The notes beneath the pieces are model-generated. The model made no database searches, was not told where the DNA came from, and saw nothing but the letters and a program-made list of their open reading frames with translations. Both the position numbers and the translations under genes were made by a program. Below are positions 13,800-27,063 of a stretch of 64,000 bases of DNA, one piece after another. The stretch covers positions 56,563,180 through 56,627,179 of the forward strand of contig NC_068981.1 in the NCBI RefSeq assembly GCF_001194135.2. The letters are read 5' to 3'. How positions within the stretch are numbered: position 1 is the first letter of the stretch; every line of letters starts with the position of its first letter. Source of the DNA: Octopus bimaculoides. Taxonomy: Eukaryota.

Positions 13800-14120
13800 C
13801 CGAGAATATTACACCAGACTTATGAAAATATGGCAGTCAGAACTCACCTCTTACAACAAAAAAATATCCCACAATGCATTTGCAGTACCATGCTGATACC
13901 AACATTTGGGATATTTTACTGGCTTGTAGAGGAAATCCATTCCATAAATATCAAAACCCGCAAAATCCAGACAACTAAGAACTTCCACAGAAACAATGAT
14001 GTTGACAAGCTCTACCCAAGAAGAAATGAAGGTGGTAGAAGCCTGAAATCAGTGCAGACGGCCTTCGAATGCCGTATGATATCACTCAGGCAGCACCTGC
14101 TAAACAATAACAGCAAAAGA
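13800..14120 (+). mobile_element. R4/Dong-clade fragment (RT thumb)
   Basis: REYYTRLMKIWQSELTSYNK..NAFAVP / IPTFGI..W..EI..I.IKTRK..FH.NNDVDKLY..RNEGGRSL. Confidence 0.8.
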
Positions 14121-14159
14121 ATGGCACGAAGCGCAGCCTCTCTTGGACACAAGACCACT

Positions 14160-14560
14160 ACATCACAGTATTCCTTGAGCTGATGTTTATGAATGTATTA
14201 CATAACCGAAGGATTTTCTAAGTTTATTTCAGGACAGTCTTGTTTTGCGGATGGCATTGTAAATTGTTTCAGCAACAACATCGTGCCGCATAGGAAGGTA
14301 GTATCGTGACGACATTTTAGGACAGCTGCTAATCTCGTGCGTAATGTCTTCCGCAGAAACATGACATAGACTACACATGCGGTTGCCCATTGGGATTACA
14401 AGAGTGTCACTGTCTCTCTTGTTCACCGGGTATTTTGTGGCAATCTTCTGTTCCTGGATTGCAATCCAGGAACAGAGACCTAGATATTTACGGTACAACA
14501 TTCATTATGTGTATGGAGTATGTAGGCAAAACTGTTGCTGATTCTACTTTTGGTAGTAAC
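14160..14560 (-). mobile_element. R4/Dong-clade fragment (CCHC zinc finger region), inverted relative to 13800-14120
   Basis: AIQEQKIATKY..CSLCHVSAEDITHEISSCPKMSSRYYLPMRHDVVA. Confidence 0.8.
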
Positions 14561-14744
14561 AGCAACAGTTTTAACATTCGACTATATTAATATTCTTTGC
14601 CAAAAGTGTTACTGTTTTCTTCTTGAATAATTGCATCCACAAACCGATACCAGTTCTTTAATTGAATTAATTTCTTTTCATTTGTGTACTTCTATATTTT
14701 CTCATCTAACGAACAAATATTTAACTAATTGTTTTCGGTTCAGA

Positions 14745-15035
14745 TTACTGCTTGTTCATTTAAGTTATCACTTTTTTCGTTTTATCTTATACATGTTTCA
14801 GTCATTAGATTGCGACTATACTGGAGCACCGCCTTGATGGACTTTTTCGAAGAAATCGACTCCAGTCTTATTCCGTCAACCGGCTTCGACTAACTGCTTC
14901 GTTACGGGGATGTAGACAAACCAACACAGGTCATCAAGCAATGGGGGAGGGGAAAACACACACACTCACACCAGATTTACTCACAAGCTGTAGGTCGAAT
15001 TGGGGTTACAGTAGCAGACACTTGTTCAAGGTATC
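14745..15035 (-). mobile_element. Composite SINE (CORE-like part, short CA tract, tail)
   Basis: TTTCAGTCATTAGA.TGCGACTATACTGGAGCACCGCCTT and ACTCACAAG..GTAGCAGACACTTGTTCAAGG match 26690-27150. Confidence 0.7.
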
Positions 15036-16246
15036 ACACTAAGTTAAAGGGATGTAGACAAAACAACACTGCCCTTATTGAGCAGATGTATGGTGGAAGG
15101 TCTTCCAGCCATAACCACGAACAAAAAAATGTATATAGAACTGAATTGTCTAATACTTCCCTTTTGTGACAAAAGAGAATGATTGGAGAGAAATAAATTT
15201 TTACTGCTATTTTTAGCAGATCACGCGATTAGGCAGAGGCTTCCTTAACTCATACTACCAAACTAGTGTTATTATTGTTTGCCGCAGTCAACACAAATCA
15301 AGTAACTTTACTAACTAACAAAAGCAATCTAGCCATGACTGCCCTGTTTCTTTCCCTTTTTGTAGGACTATGCTATCAAATTTGTCCTACACTTATTCTG
15401 GATACTGTGGAATGTCACTAAATTAGGGTGCTATGGCGGCTAATATTACAAGATGTAGTGATTGATTAGAAACTAATAGTTGCTGGACAAGGTGACAGCT
15501 AGTCTTGTTTAATGAATAAACGTTATACACCTAAATCAACTCAAGACATTTTTAATGAGTGTATGATACTAAAATCTATTTAAAAAAACATTACTTGAGA
15601 ATGCACCAAATGACCTTTATTAAAGTAGCTACGGTTCATTAAAAATGAATGAAATATAGAAATAATGACTTAATTATAAAAATATCATGAAAACTTCTTA
15701 TGCAATCTCGCACCAGCTTTTTAAAAATACAATGTCATATTTATATCGTGACATCTTTATCAATACATAAGTCTCTCCCGTGATATACATATACATATAT
15801 GCATATATTCATATGTATGTATGTGTGTTTATGTTTGTGTATGTATGTATGTGTATCTATGTGAATGCGTGTGTATTTTAGCGCCAACGAAATTACTGGA
15901 AGCATTTAACCGTTCTATCTCTCCTTTTTCATTACATTTTGTTTCTTCTTTAGAATCGTTTATTGAATCTTAAGCCAAGCTAAAGATAGGGTGCAGTAAT
16001 GTATGAGAGATATCGAGTAACTTGGTACACCGCGTATTTCTTCATTGCAGCTATTGGTAGTGCTTTGGTAAGCCACCGGTGTGAGTTATTTATACCTGCT
16101 GTGTTAAGAGCTCGTGTCAGTTTTTAATTGCATTTTTTTCGTACTCGCTAGCTGTTGACAGCGAGATGTGTTTTAGCTCAGTTCACTAATCTCACATTTT
16201 TTCTTCCAAAATTCTATTATTATTACTATTATTATTATTATTATTA

Positions 16247-16330
<84 letters not shown>

Positions 16331-16460
16331 NNNNNNNNNNNNNNNNNNNNNNNNNNNNNNNNNNNNNNNNNNNNNNNNNNNNNNNNNNNNNNNNNNNNNN
16401 NNNNNNNNNNNNNNNNNNNNNNNNNNNNNNNNNNNNNNNNNNNNNNNNNNNNNNNNNNNN

Positions 16461-16510
<50 letters not shown>

Positions 16511-17764
16511 AATATGTACGTGTCAATGCATAAACGAAGAATACATACATGTTTATATATATATACATACTTACATACATATATATGCGTGTGTTTGCGT
16601 GTGTGTGTGTGTGTGTGTATATATATTTGTACAACACAAACACATACACGTTTGTGAGCATGTATGCTTGTATGAAATTAAGTATATAAGTGGTTATACT
16701 CTTCACATACATACCTACATATGTGTGTATGTGTGTGTGAATGTGTGCTGCGTGAGAGAGTGAGTGAATGTATATGTAAATTTGAATGTATTACTTTGTA
16801 TGCGTGATCATACTCTCATACACACCAGGAATTTCCTCTACGGCTATACTTAACGAGAAGGTAAGCTAGTTATTTAAACAAGTTTACATGTAAGAGTTAC
16901 CTGTAATAGAGACTTCTAGTTTAGCGAAAAGGAGGTTCAATTAGTTACCTAGTGCTTCGCCAGATTCTAATGATGTCTTGGTTCCACTTTTAAATGTATC
17001 TGAAATGTTAATATTGTTACACTTCAATAATGAAATTGATTGTATAGTTAATTAAAAAAAGGTGGAAATTACATACACACACACACATATATATACATAT
17101 ATAAATACACACACACACACGCACACATACACATATACATATNNNNNNNNNNNNNNNNNNNNNNNNNNNNNNNNNNNNNNNNNNNNNNNNNNNNNNNNNN
17201 NNNNNNNNNNNNNNNNNNNNNNNNNNNNNNNNNNNNNNNNNNNNNNNNNNNNNNNNNNNNNNNNNNNNNNNNNNNNNNNNNNNNNNNNNNNNNNNNNNNN
17301 NNNNNNNNNNNNNNNNNNNNNNNNNNNNNNNNNNNNNNNNNNNNNNNNNNNNNNNNNNNNNNNNNNNNNNNNNNNNNNNNNNNNNNNNNNNNNNNNNNNN
17401 NNNNNNNNNNNNNNNNNNNNNNNNNNNNNNNNNNNNNNNNNNNNNNNNNNNNNNNNNNNNNNNNNNNNNNNNNNNNNNNNNNNNNNNNNNNNNNNNNNNN
17501 NNNNNNNNNNNNNNNNNNNNNNNNNNNNNNNNNNNNNNNNNNNNNNNNNNNNNNNNNNNNNNNNNNNNNNNNNNNNNNNNNNNNNNNNNNNNNNNNNNNN
17601 NNNNNNNNNNNNNNNNNNNNNNNNNNNNNNNNNNNNNNNNNNNNNNNNNNNNNNNNNNNNNNNNNNNNNNNNNNNNNNNNNNNNNNNNNNNNNNNNNNNN
17701 NNNNNNNNNNNNNNNNNNNNNNNNNNNNNNNNNNNNNNNNNNNNNNNNNNNNNNNNNNNNNNNT

Positions 17765-18240
17765 ACTTTGGGCTAGATAACTCATTAAACTCGAGTTCGA
17801 TACGCACGCAGTCTTCCACACTTATCAGTCCCCTTCCTCCATTTGCTGTCTTCATGTCTGCATCAGATGATGGGCTCCGTGCATCGTTAGAAGCTTTTTT
17901 GACTTCCTCTACACCTCCCTTAACTCCTCTTCCGTTCACTTCAGATTCTAGCGCTATACGAACTACTGCGACTGCGCGTGAGTTTATTGCCGAAATTATG
18001 TTTCTTGTATTCAGCTTTGAGGCCAGTATTTTTCTCACTCGCCGCAGGTATTCTCTTTTTGTCTTTTCCTTCATGTCGTGGTATTTGGTTCCATCTTCCT
18101 CGAGTATTCCCAGGTATTTATAGCTGGAGTGAGGTTGAATTGCAGGCACCATTTCACCACTTGGCAACCATATGCCTTCTGTCTTGGCAAGATTTCCTCG
18201 TTTCATCACCATCGTAGCACATTTTGAGAGTCCAAACTCT
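17765..18240 (-). mobile_element. R4/Dong-clade RT C-terminal fragment
   Basis: FGLSKCATMVMKRG..YKYLGILE..EYLRRVRKILASKLN..AINSRAVAVVR; KLLTMHGAHH; GGRGLISVEDCV. Confidence 0.9.
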
Positions 18241-18244
18241 ATCT

Positions 18245-18270
18245 TATTATGATTATTGTTGTTGTTGTTG

Positions 18271-18308
<38 letters not shown>

Positions 18309-18311
18309 GTT
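18245..18311. repeat. (TTA)n/(TTG)n microsatellite between Dong fragments
   Basis: Visible directly. Confidence 0.95.
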
Positions 18312-18745
18312 CAGTATTTTTATTTTTATAACGTGCTTTCACTTCACTACCGAGCNNNNNNNNNNNNNNNNNNNNNNNNNNNNNNNNNNNNNNNNNNNNN
18401 NNNNNNNNNNNNNNNNNNNNNNNNNNNNNNNNNNNNNNNNNNNNNNNNNNNNNNNNNNNNNNNNNNNNNNNNNNNNNGCCTTGGGTATGTGCTGTGGTTT
18501 GCTGTGGTGCTCTCATGTTTACTGTATTGAAAGTGTTTTGCGTAGAATGTGTGCAGTACCCAGTAGTGCAATTTTCTGTATGTTATATATATTTGTAAGT
18601 CCTGGTGTTTTTGTTATGTATTTGTCTGAATATTTTTTTATTATACCTAAGGCACCTACTATGATAGGAATTGTTTCTGTTTTTAGATTCCAAATTCGAG
18701 TTATCTCTATTTCCAGGTCTTTGTATTTTGAAAGTTTTTCCATTA
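18312..18745 (-). mobile_element. 5'-truncated R4/Dong element 3' end (RLE C-terminus plus 3' UTR, (TAA)n tail)
   Basis: EKLSKYKDLEIEITRIWNLKTETIPIIVGALG..IQKIALLGTAHILRKTL*, then a UTR interrupted by a gap, then a (TAA)n tail. Confidence 0.9.
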
Positions 18746-18764
18746 TTATTATTATTATTATATC

Positions 18765-20640
18765 TGACATACTCAGCTTGTTGCATTAATATACCAGCTA
18801 TTCCTTTCCCGTGAACTAATGTGGTACGTTCTTTGCAAATGGCGGGGCATTTGCGGAGGCTCTTTGCGCGGCCAAGTAAAGTTGTTTTTTGAATGTGCTC
18901 TATTTTAATTTTTGTGCTTATTTTTGCTCACATTACCTCGGGCATCAACCAATACTGACACAACAGATACACTTGTCGCTGACCACAGCATTTTGATTTC
19001 TCTCTTCAGAGCTTCATATCTCGGCAGCTTTCTCCTTTTTATTTTTTGGCCAATTCTGTTGTCCCTAGACCCCGAGATGTCTATGACCCTGTACAATTTT
19101 TCTCGTTTCCCATGTTCGATTCTATGATCTCATCGAATCATGATGTCCGAAAGGATTTTTGCTGTCTTTTCTTTTCACCACATCCTTTGGCTCATGCAAA
19201 TTTTCTCACCTTTTTCCTATCCAGACTTGTTGCATAGTTCCCAGTGGACCGTTCCGAAGACATTTCCAGGCTTCTCTTGTATTCTCTCTGAGCCATTTTG
19301 TTACATTACCTAAGAATATACTAAGTTATTTTTCCAGTTTCGCCACATGTTCTACATTTGTTCAATTCTAAGGAATGGTCAATTCTTTTGTTGATGTAGT
19401 TTTTTTCTGAAAGCTTTTCCTGTGCTGAACATATTAAGTCCTCTATTTCAGGTTTCTGCTCACATTTCTGTAACCACATCTATCTTTTATCTGGATTTTG
19501 AGTTCCTTAGTATCTCTCTAAGAACTAACCGTACGTCTTATACGTTCAGCTGTTTTCCCTCTTTGTGGCTGTCTTCATCTTATCTTGACTGATTTCTTTA
19601 TGTAATAAACTTACCTTACTTTCACAAGTACTGCTTCCTTTACGTTCTTTATATATCACGAAATACGGTTTTGTTTTTCTGACGGAATATAATACTCACA
19701 ACTTATCAATCACCGCCCAACTCTTACCAGGTATAGACTGCCAATATTACTTTTCGGGTGCAACGCACCATGTACTGTCAATAGTTTTCTTATTTTCTTG
19801 CGGTTACTCTGTTTCTCAACGTATCACTCCTGCTCCATATCTCAAGAGCGCAGTTGCCCATGTTTTTGTTACATGAAACTTATTCCTCCATTCAATTCAA
19901 ATTCAATATCAGCCTTCTGTATATCACCATCTATTTATTTAGACTTTATCTCAACACACACACCACACTTTTTCAATCCAAATTCCAATCTAAGGTCCGT
20001 GCTAGAATAATGTACTGTATAAATCAGTAAATTCAGCTGGTTTTTCATTTTCCCCATAATAGGCGGTTGATCTTACCTTTCCTTTCTTTAAACTCATGCG
20101 CAGTTTTCGTTATTCTCGAATTCAAAGTCAATGATATCAGATGCAAGACTAAAAAGCTATAGTAACAAGCTATCTCCTAGGAATATTCCACTTTCGATTT
20201 TGACAAAATCTCATCTCTGCTTCCCCGATATGAGTTCACTGGTCCATTCATTCATAATTCTGCTCGATAAGTTCATGATATTGTTTGCAATTCCAAATAT
20301 CTTCCAGTACTCCATAATCCACAAAGGAGGAACCATATCACGTGCTTCCCGGTAGTTATCCACGTCATCACGAAGTTCATTCTTCGCTCTTTGGAGTCTT
20401 CAGCACTGTTATATTAATCAATATCTGCTATTTGGCTTCTCCGCATCCCTTTTGCACTCATTTTGCTTTTCCGGTTGGGTTCGATAATAGCACTTCATAA
20501 CGATTGCATTGAGCTCTTTGTTCCATTCTTTTCTCGATTTTTGTATGCTAATAGTCACAGGTCCACAACTGGGTCCACGACTGCTCAATGGAACACCTAC
20601 TGGACATGGCATCTCCACCTCTTTTTCTAGTTCCATTAAC
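18765..20640 (-). mobile_element. Heavily decayed, internally deleted R4/Dong element
   Basis: N-terminal RKEWNKELNAIVMKCYY; RT GIFLGDSL (QGD motif) and LEFGLKKCG; LICSAQEKA..CRTCGE; VIDISGSRD..RYEALKREIKMLW..; IQKTTLLGRAKSLRK. Confidence 0.8.
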
Positions 20641-20879
20641 GCTGTTACCTACATTTCCTTCAAAGTTTAACACATAGAGACACTTTAAGCGTTGTTTTAT
20701 ATTCGTGACACCATCATTAGATGAGTAGCCAACTAATGTTCGGAGATATTTCATCCACAGTTAAGCCGATAGGGATTACACGCTGATATTTCTAATACTG
20801 CGCTTGGTTTTTTGTCAGTTATCCTTTTTTCTAGGTTGCCCTGCAGACTGCTGCCTGTAAGCTCTCGAGAACAATCTCC

Positions 20880-21464
20880 TCGCTTCTATGGAAAGACATC
20901 TCCAAAGTCTAAGACGTTCAGGGGTTAGGAATCAGCTCGAAAAGTCATGGGTGACTGTTTTTTGGGGACGACCAGGCATTCTGAGACATGGCTGTACAGT
21001 GAACAGCGATTGATAGTTTGGTGTAGTCATCAGGAGGGAGGTCTCGAGCAAAAATCTGAAAATTATCATCCGACGACATACATCTTTGACAGCAAATTTG
21101 CAATCGGCAGTTTGGTGTGGTCAGTGATTCCCAATCCACCATACAGTTCGGATCTGGCGGCTTTTAACTTCAAACTGTTCGGTCCAATGAAGAACATTTT
21201 TTGGAAACAAATATTTGATGAGAGGACGTGTTGAAAGTGGTTGCGAAGAAGTAGGTACAATATTCAACACAAAGGAGATTGGTGAGTTGGTTTGTACGAA
21301 CACGCAATTCCATCGCTTGTGACGGGGGATATTTTGTGCAGTACCTTTGTATAAATGATGAGTTAGTTACTCCACCGACTTGTGCAATTTGAATGACGCA
21401 TGTCAGTAAAAAGAAAAAAAAAAGGTATGACTACTTTTGCATTTTTTTCGATCCAACTCTCGTA
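20880..21464 (+). mobile_element. Mariner (Tc1/mariner) transposase C-terminal remnant with 3' TIR
   Basis: KVMVTVFWG..GIL; LVWSVIPNPPYSSDLAAFNFKLFGPMK (PHPPYSPDLAPSDFHLFGPLK motif); ends ..CTCTCGTA. Confidence 0.85.
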
Positions 21465-22469
21465 TTTCATTTTTTGTCCTTTATTATAACTGGAGAAAAT
21501 TAATAATACCGGAACTGAATCTCATTTTAGTGACCAACGAATTAATGAGTGTTTTTTAAATTCAAACCCAATATATTTATATATTTATAAAATCCAACGA
21601 AAAGCACCATATTCCCAATTCAGCTACTTTTATTTCTTAAATAGTGAAAGAACTATTTGTAGTTACCTATAATTTCCAATTCCGTCATATTAATGTCAAT
21701 AATTATCCACCATGAATCGGTACATAGAGTTTTCAATAAAGACAGCTCTTAAAATTCTTAGGTTAATCGCATTTTCTTCAGCATCAGCCAGATCAGAAAT
21801 TAAACTGACAATATGTATATCGAGTGTGTAACGAGTGGTTTGTATTTCGTCTGACACCTTTCGTCGAAATAATTATTAGTCGGTACTGGAAATCTCTTCA
21901 CATTTTTCTTTTTTTATGTAATGTTGGTAGGACAGATTTTATGTGAAAGGACCGACTAACAAATAAAAACTTCCATCATACATACATGCATACATACATA
22001 CATACATACATACAAACATACAAACATACATACATACATGCATACATACACAAGCAAATATGCATAATTACGTACACACATGCACAAATAAATAAAAGCA
22101 CATCTATATGCATGAATGCATATATATTGGTGTATAAATGGATACATATATGGGACCTTATTAAAATACACCCAAAGAATGACGGATAGATCTTTATGAA
22201 ACATTTGATCCACTAGTTAAATTAATCGCAACAATGATCTAGGGAAGAAAATCTTTGAACATATGACATCCATGTGAACATGTTTGTAGTAGTCTTATTA
22301 GGACATAGGGTTTGATAAAATAGATTAACTTCTCTTAGATTAAAATGTGAAGCGTATTGCTTCATACTTTGGAAGATAATATTTCACGATTGAGAGGATA
22401 TTACCGAATAAACCTGTAATAGTGAAAATTAATAGTAATCTACATTCACACAGCAATTGCCCTGATTGC

Positions 22470-22527
22470 GTGAGAGAGACACAGAGAGAGGAGAGAAAGG
22501 GGAGAGAAAGGGGAGAGACAGAGAGAA

Positions 22528-22607
<80 letters not shown>
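22470..22607. repeat. (GA)n purine tract
   Basis: Visible directly. Confidence 0.97.
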
Positions 22608-22611
<4 letters not shown>

Positions 22612-23691
22612 GGACACAGCTGACTAAATATCCAGTCCGGAAAATATTACTGGTACGTAATGGAGCCATTGGGATTTGAGCACACACAATATTCAGGTAC
22701 AGAACTAAATATTGTAAGCTGTCTGATCTAACTAGCTACTATTGTCCCTAAGGATAACTAATAATTGTAATGGTAGTAGTTGCTGGTCATGACAAGATCA
22801 TCAGCAGTTACCCGAAAATGTCAACCAGATATTCCCTTCCTATGAGACATGACAGCGTAACAATAGTTGGAAGCAATGACATTTATAGTATAAGATTGTT
22901 CTAGTGGAAATTAAAAATATACCAACGAATGTATTTACTTTTTGGAAAACAAGAAATATTTGTGAAACATAGCGGTTAAAACTTTTATCAAACGCAAATA
23001 TAATCGTATAAATATTCCATGAGATAGATACCTTAAATGTGTGCACTTACAAGCCAGTTACCCAACGGCCGTTAAACTTTCAGCAAAAGATATAAAAGAT
23101 AATTTATCCTCAAAAAATGATGCATAGCTAAAATCTTTGTCGCACTTATCTATGTAATGCTAAGAAGGTTGGGGAATCTAAAAGAAAGTGACCCATCATC
23201 TAAATACTATTGGTATATTGCTCTTAATGCACACTAATTCCCAGCTCTTAATTTAAAACTGAAGTTTACAAAGAAGAAATTTATTTAATGTATACACTTT
23301 TAATATAATTTTGAATTCGCTCTGAATTATATCATTAGACTATTGGTTGTCTCAAAAAACTTCGGTTGTATACAATACGTAATATTCTGAGTAATTAAGT
23401 TATAGAAAAATATATTTATGTATTTTAAAATCTTCTTTATTAAGGATGTGAGTTTGTTTGTCACTTCTATCTCCATGTTCTTTCCTTTTTGCTGGTGTGT
23501 GATTTGGAAAATTATGGAGCCAAATGACAAGCACACAAACACAAAACAATACCAGGCAGAAATAATATAACGCTTACTAGTAACAATTGTCTTATATAAA
23601 ACATGTCAAGCTAAGTATAACATTAGTTTTGTATTCTCATAAAACATCAAATTTGGGAATGTGTATTCAAATGATACAAATTAAAATATTG

Positions 23692-23907
23692 GTTCCAAAA
23701 TTTCGCACAAGGCGAGCAAGCTCGGGGAAGGGGATAAGTTGATTACATAGGCCCCAGTACTTAACTGGTACTTTTTTTTATTCACCCCGAAAAGATGAAA
23801 GGCAAAGTCGACCTCGGCGATATTTGAATTCAGAACGTTAAGATGGACGAAATGTCTTCAAACATTTAGCTCGGCGTGCTAACGTTGCTGCCAGCTCACC
23901 GCCTTAG
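23692..23907 (-). mobile_element. Full-length Deu/Nin-like tRNA-SINE
   Basis: Reverse complement begins TAAGGCGGTGAGCTGGCAGCAACGTTAGCACG and includes the B-box, body and tail. Confidence 0.88.
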
Positions 23908-24194
23908 TAATATAGTAATGTAGTAATAAAGTAAGTCAAACCTTCAGCGTACGCACAGTAATACTAAACTCATGCCAGAAACCACGACAAAACGATTTGC
24001 AAATGACCGATAGAAACATGGCATCAACACTAAAAGAAAAATTAAAGTTCACTGAAAACGAATAAGAATTAAATGTAGCAGTGGCCCTAAAATTTCTCGT
24101 CCAATACTAAACAAATCATCGCCACTACAATAATTTCATCCAAGAGATAAAATAAAAGAGCACAAAAAGTCTAAAGACTGGTTAATCGGTTTCC

Positions 24195-24395
24195 ATGACG
24201 CACAAGTGACCGAGGTTTCGTCATTATCTCTTTGTAGGATGACAGTCCGTCGTAGGATTCCTCATTTACAGCTGAGTGAAATGGAACAATGTGAAAAGAA
24301 GTGTTTTGCTCAAGAACACAACACACTGCTTAGTTCAGGAATCGAAACCACAATCTTGAGTGCAACACTAACAACTACGCCATGTGCCTTCACAT
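24195..24395 (-). mobile_element. tRNA-derived SINE with CORE-like central domain
   Basis: Reverse complement GGCACATGGCGTAG..GTGGTTTCGATTCC..TTCTTGAGCAAAACACTT..CACTCAGCTGTAAATGAG; related to 60850-61086. Confidence 0.7.
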
Positions 24396-24614
24396 ACAAC
24401 TTATTCACATACAATAATTTCATCTAGAAAAATTAGAAAACAAAGGAAGATAATGCTGAACGGTTGATGGAAGTTAGTAATTAATTGTTCTAAAAGAATG
24501 CACTGGATAAATATGACAAAAAGTTTTTGGAAAAAAGTTAAACTCAAGTACATTATGAAACAAATAAAAATGTAACATATTTATGAGATCAATACTGATT
24601 TCTAATGGAGACAC

Positions 24615-24782
24615 AGTACCTAGATTGTAGCAGAAGGGAGGAGTTAATTAAAACAGACTCAGTACTTCATTGGTACTCCATTTTATCAACCCGGATTTAG
24701 AAATCAAATGTTAATAGATTGAGCACAAATGCCATAAGGCATCTTACCCGACGTTTTCACGATTCTGCATATTGCCGCCCTT
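24615..24782 (-). mobile_element. Degenerate Deu/Nin-like SINE
   Basis: CAGTACTTCATTGGTACT..TTTTATCAACCC..ACGATTCTGC..GCCGCC. Confidence 0.6.
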
Positions 24783-24807
24783 CATGTGTTGAATATTACA
24801 TACGCGC

Positions 24808-25010
24808 AAGGCGGCGAGCTGGCAGAAGTGTTAGCACGCCAGACGAAATGCTTAGCAGTATTTTGTCTGTCTTGACGTTCTGAGTTCAAATTCCGCCGAG
24901 GTCGGCTTTGCCTTTCGGGGTCGATAAATTAAGAACGTGTTGCGTACTGGGGTCGATCTAATCGACTGGCTCCCTCACCCAAAAGTTTTGGGCCTTGTGC
25001 CTAGGGTAAT
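24808..25010 (+). mobile_element. Full-length Deu/Nin-like tRNA-SINE, head-to-head with 24615-24782
   Basis: AAGGCGGCGAGCTGGCAGAAGTGTTAGCACG..GAGTTCAAATTCCGCCGAGGTC..GGGGTCGATAAATTAAG. Confidence 0.9.
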
Positions 25011-25391
25011 AGTTTTCTGTATTTTTAACATAACGGGTTTTGATTCGTGGAACATCTGGAAGCTATCTCTAGCAGAAACAACAAACCTGTCAGGATATCC
25101 TTGTTCTGGTTACCTAGCATATATATGTTGAATCAAATGCTGGTGTCTTTCAAATGTTTTACTTATCAATGCAATTGGTAACCGAAGGTTATTCACATCT
25201 ATCAATTGAATCTTACGCTGAGGCATTACTTTATAATGATGTTACTTGAAGTAATTTCTTCGTAATAATAATTTCAAAATGAGTTGATCGAATATAAATT
25301 TATTGAATTATGATCGGATATCGACTGAGGTAACCACACAGCTTACAAACAATTTGATTTTGATGTGAATTATTTCTATATAACTACGAAT

Positions 25392-25429
<38 letters not shown>

Positions 25430-26202
25430 NNNNNNNNNNNNNNNNNNNNNNNNNNNNNNNNNNNNNNNNNNNNNNNNNNNNNNNNNNNNNNNNNNNNNNN
25501 NNNNNNNNNNNNNNNNNNNNNNNNNNNNNNNNNNNNNNNNNNNNNNNNNNNNNNNNNNNNNNNNNNNNNNNNNNNNNNNNNNNNNNNNNNNNNNNNNNNN
25601 NNNNNNNNNNNNNNNNNNNNNNNNNNNNNNNNNNNNNNNNNNNNNNNNNNNNNNNNNNNNNNNNNNNNNNNNNNNNNNNNNNNNNNNNNNNNNNNNNNNN
25701 NNNNNNNNNNNNNNNNNNNNNNNNNNNNNNNNNNNNNNNNNNNNNNNNNNNNNNNNNNNNNNNNNNNNNNNNNNNNNNNNNNNNNNNNNNNNNNNNNNNN
25801 NNNNNNNNNNNNNNNNNNNNNNNNNNNNNNNNNNNNNNNNNNNNNNNNNNNNNNNNNNNNNNNNNNNNNNNNNNNNNNNNNNNNNNNNNNNNNNNNNNNN
25901 NNNNNNNNNNNNNNNNNNNNNNNNNNNNNNNNNNNNNNNNNNNNNNNNNNNNNNNNNNNNNNNNNNNNNNNNNNNNNNNNNNNNNNNNNNNNTATATATA
26001 TATATATATATGTATGTATATATAATATATATACGTCTCTAGGCATTTATGTATTTATATAAACATATATATTTACATGGAAATATGTATATATAAGTGA
26101 TTATATATAAAGAGGTTTTGACTACAATGTTTCACCGAAGATCCTCATATTCTGTAAAAAGAAAATGAAAATATTAGTAAAGAGATGTTGCTCTTGCAAG
26201 TG

Positions 26203-26257
<55 letters not shown>

Positions 26258-26689
26258 CAGCAGCAGCAGCAGCAGCAGCAACGGAAACAGCAACAGTCGC
26301 AGCACCAGAAGCAGCGATAGAAGTAGTAGTAGTAGCAGTAGTGTAAGGTTTGGTTCGGTTAAAGAATTTCAACTGCAATTTAAGAGTTGGTTTCAGTTTT
26401 AAAAAATTGGATGACGACAGTATAACGGGCGAAAGTTAAGGAATTAAAATCTTAAAAGTAGAAAGATAAAACAAGACGTGATTAGGAAAACAAAAATGCT
26501 TAATGTTATGTAAAACAATTGATAAGAATGAATGGAAGGCAGGATTTGTAAATGTATTGCTTGACTTCTGTTGAAATCAGAGAGGAAAAGAAAGGTGTAG
26601 TGTGTTATTCTGCGTCGATTATGATGCAAGCACCAGCCTAGGGGTGGTGACTCTCAGAACAGTTAAACTGATAAGTAAATACAGTAAGA

Positions 26690-27027
26690 TATTCATTCTT
26701 TTATTCTTTTACTTGTTTCAGTCACTAGACTGCGGCCATGCTCGGGTACACCTTGAAGAATTTTAGTCGAATGAAGCGAACTCAATACATTAAAAAAAAG
26801 TTTTAAAGCTTGGTACTTATCCTGTCGGTCTCTTTGCCGAAGTACTAAGTTACAGGGACTTAAACACATCAATACCGGTTGTCAATCGGTGGTGGGGGAC
26901 AAACAGACCCGCGCACACATTATATATNNNNNNNNNNNNNNNNNNNNNNNNNNNNNNNNNNNNNNNNNNNNNNNNNNNNNNNNNNNNNNNNNNNNNNNNN
27001 NNNNNNNNNNNNNNNNNNNNNNNNNNA

Positions 27028-27063
<36 letters not shown>

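Noticed and set aside
16051-16860. Plus-strand micro-exon candidates 16051-16067 and 16829-16860 (also 38769-38778 and 55436-55466)
   Set aside because: They have good-looking AG/GTAAG sites but are very short and not multiples of three, with no recognisable peptide. Such matches are expected by chance in 64 kb without RNA evidence.
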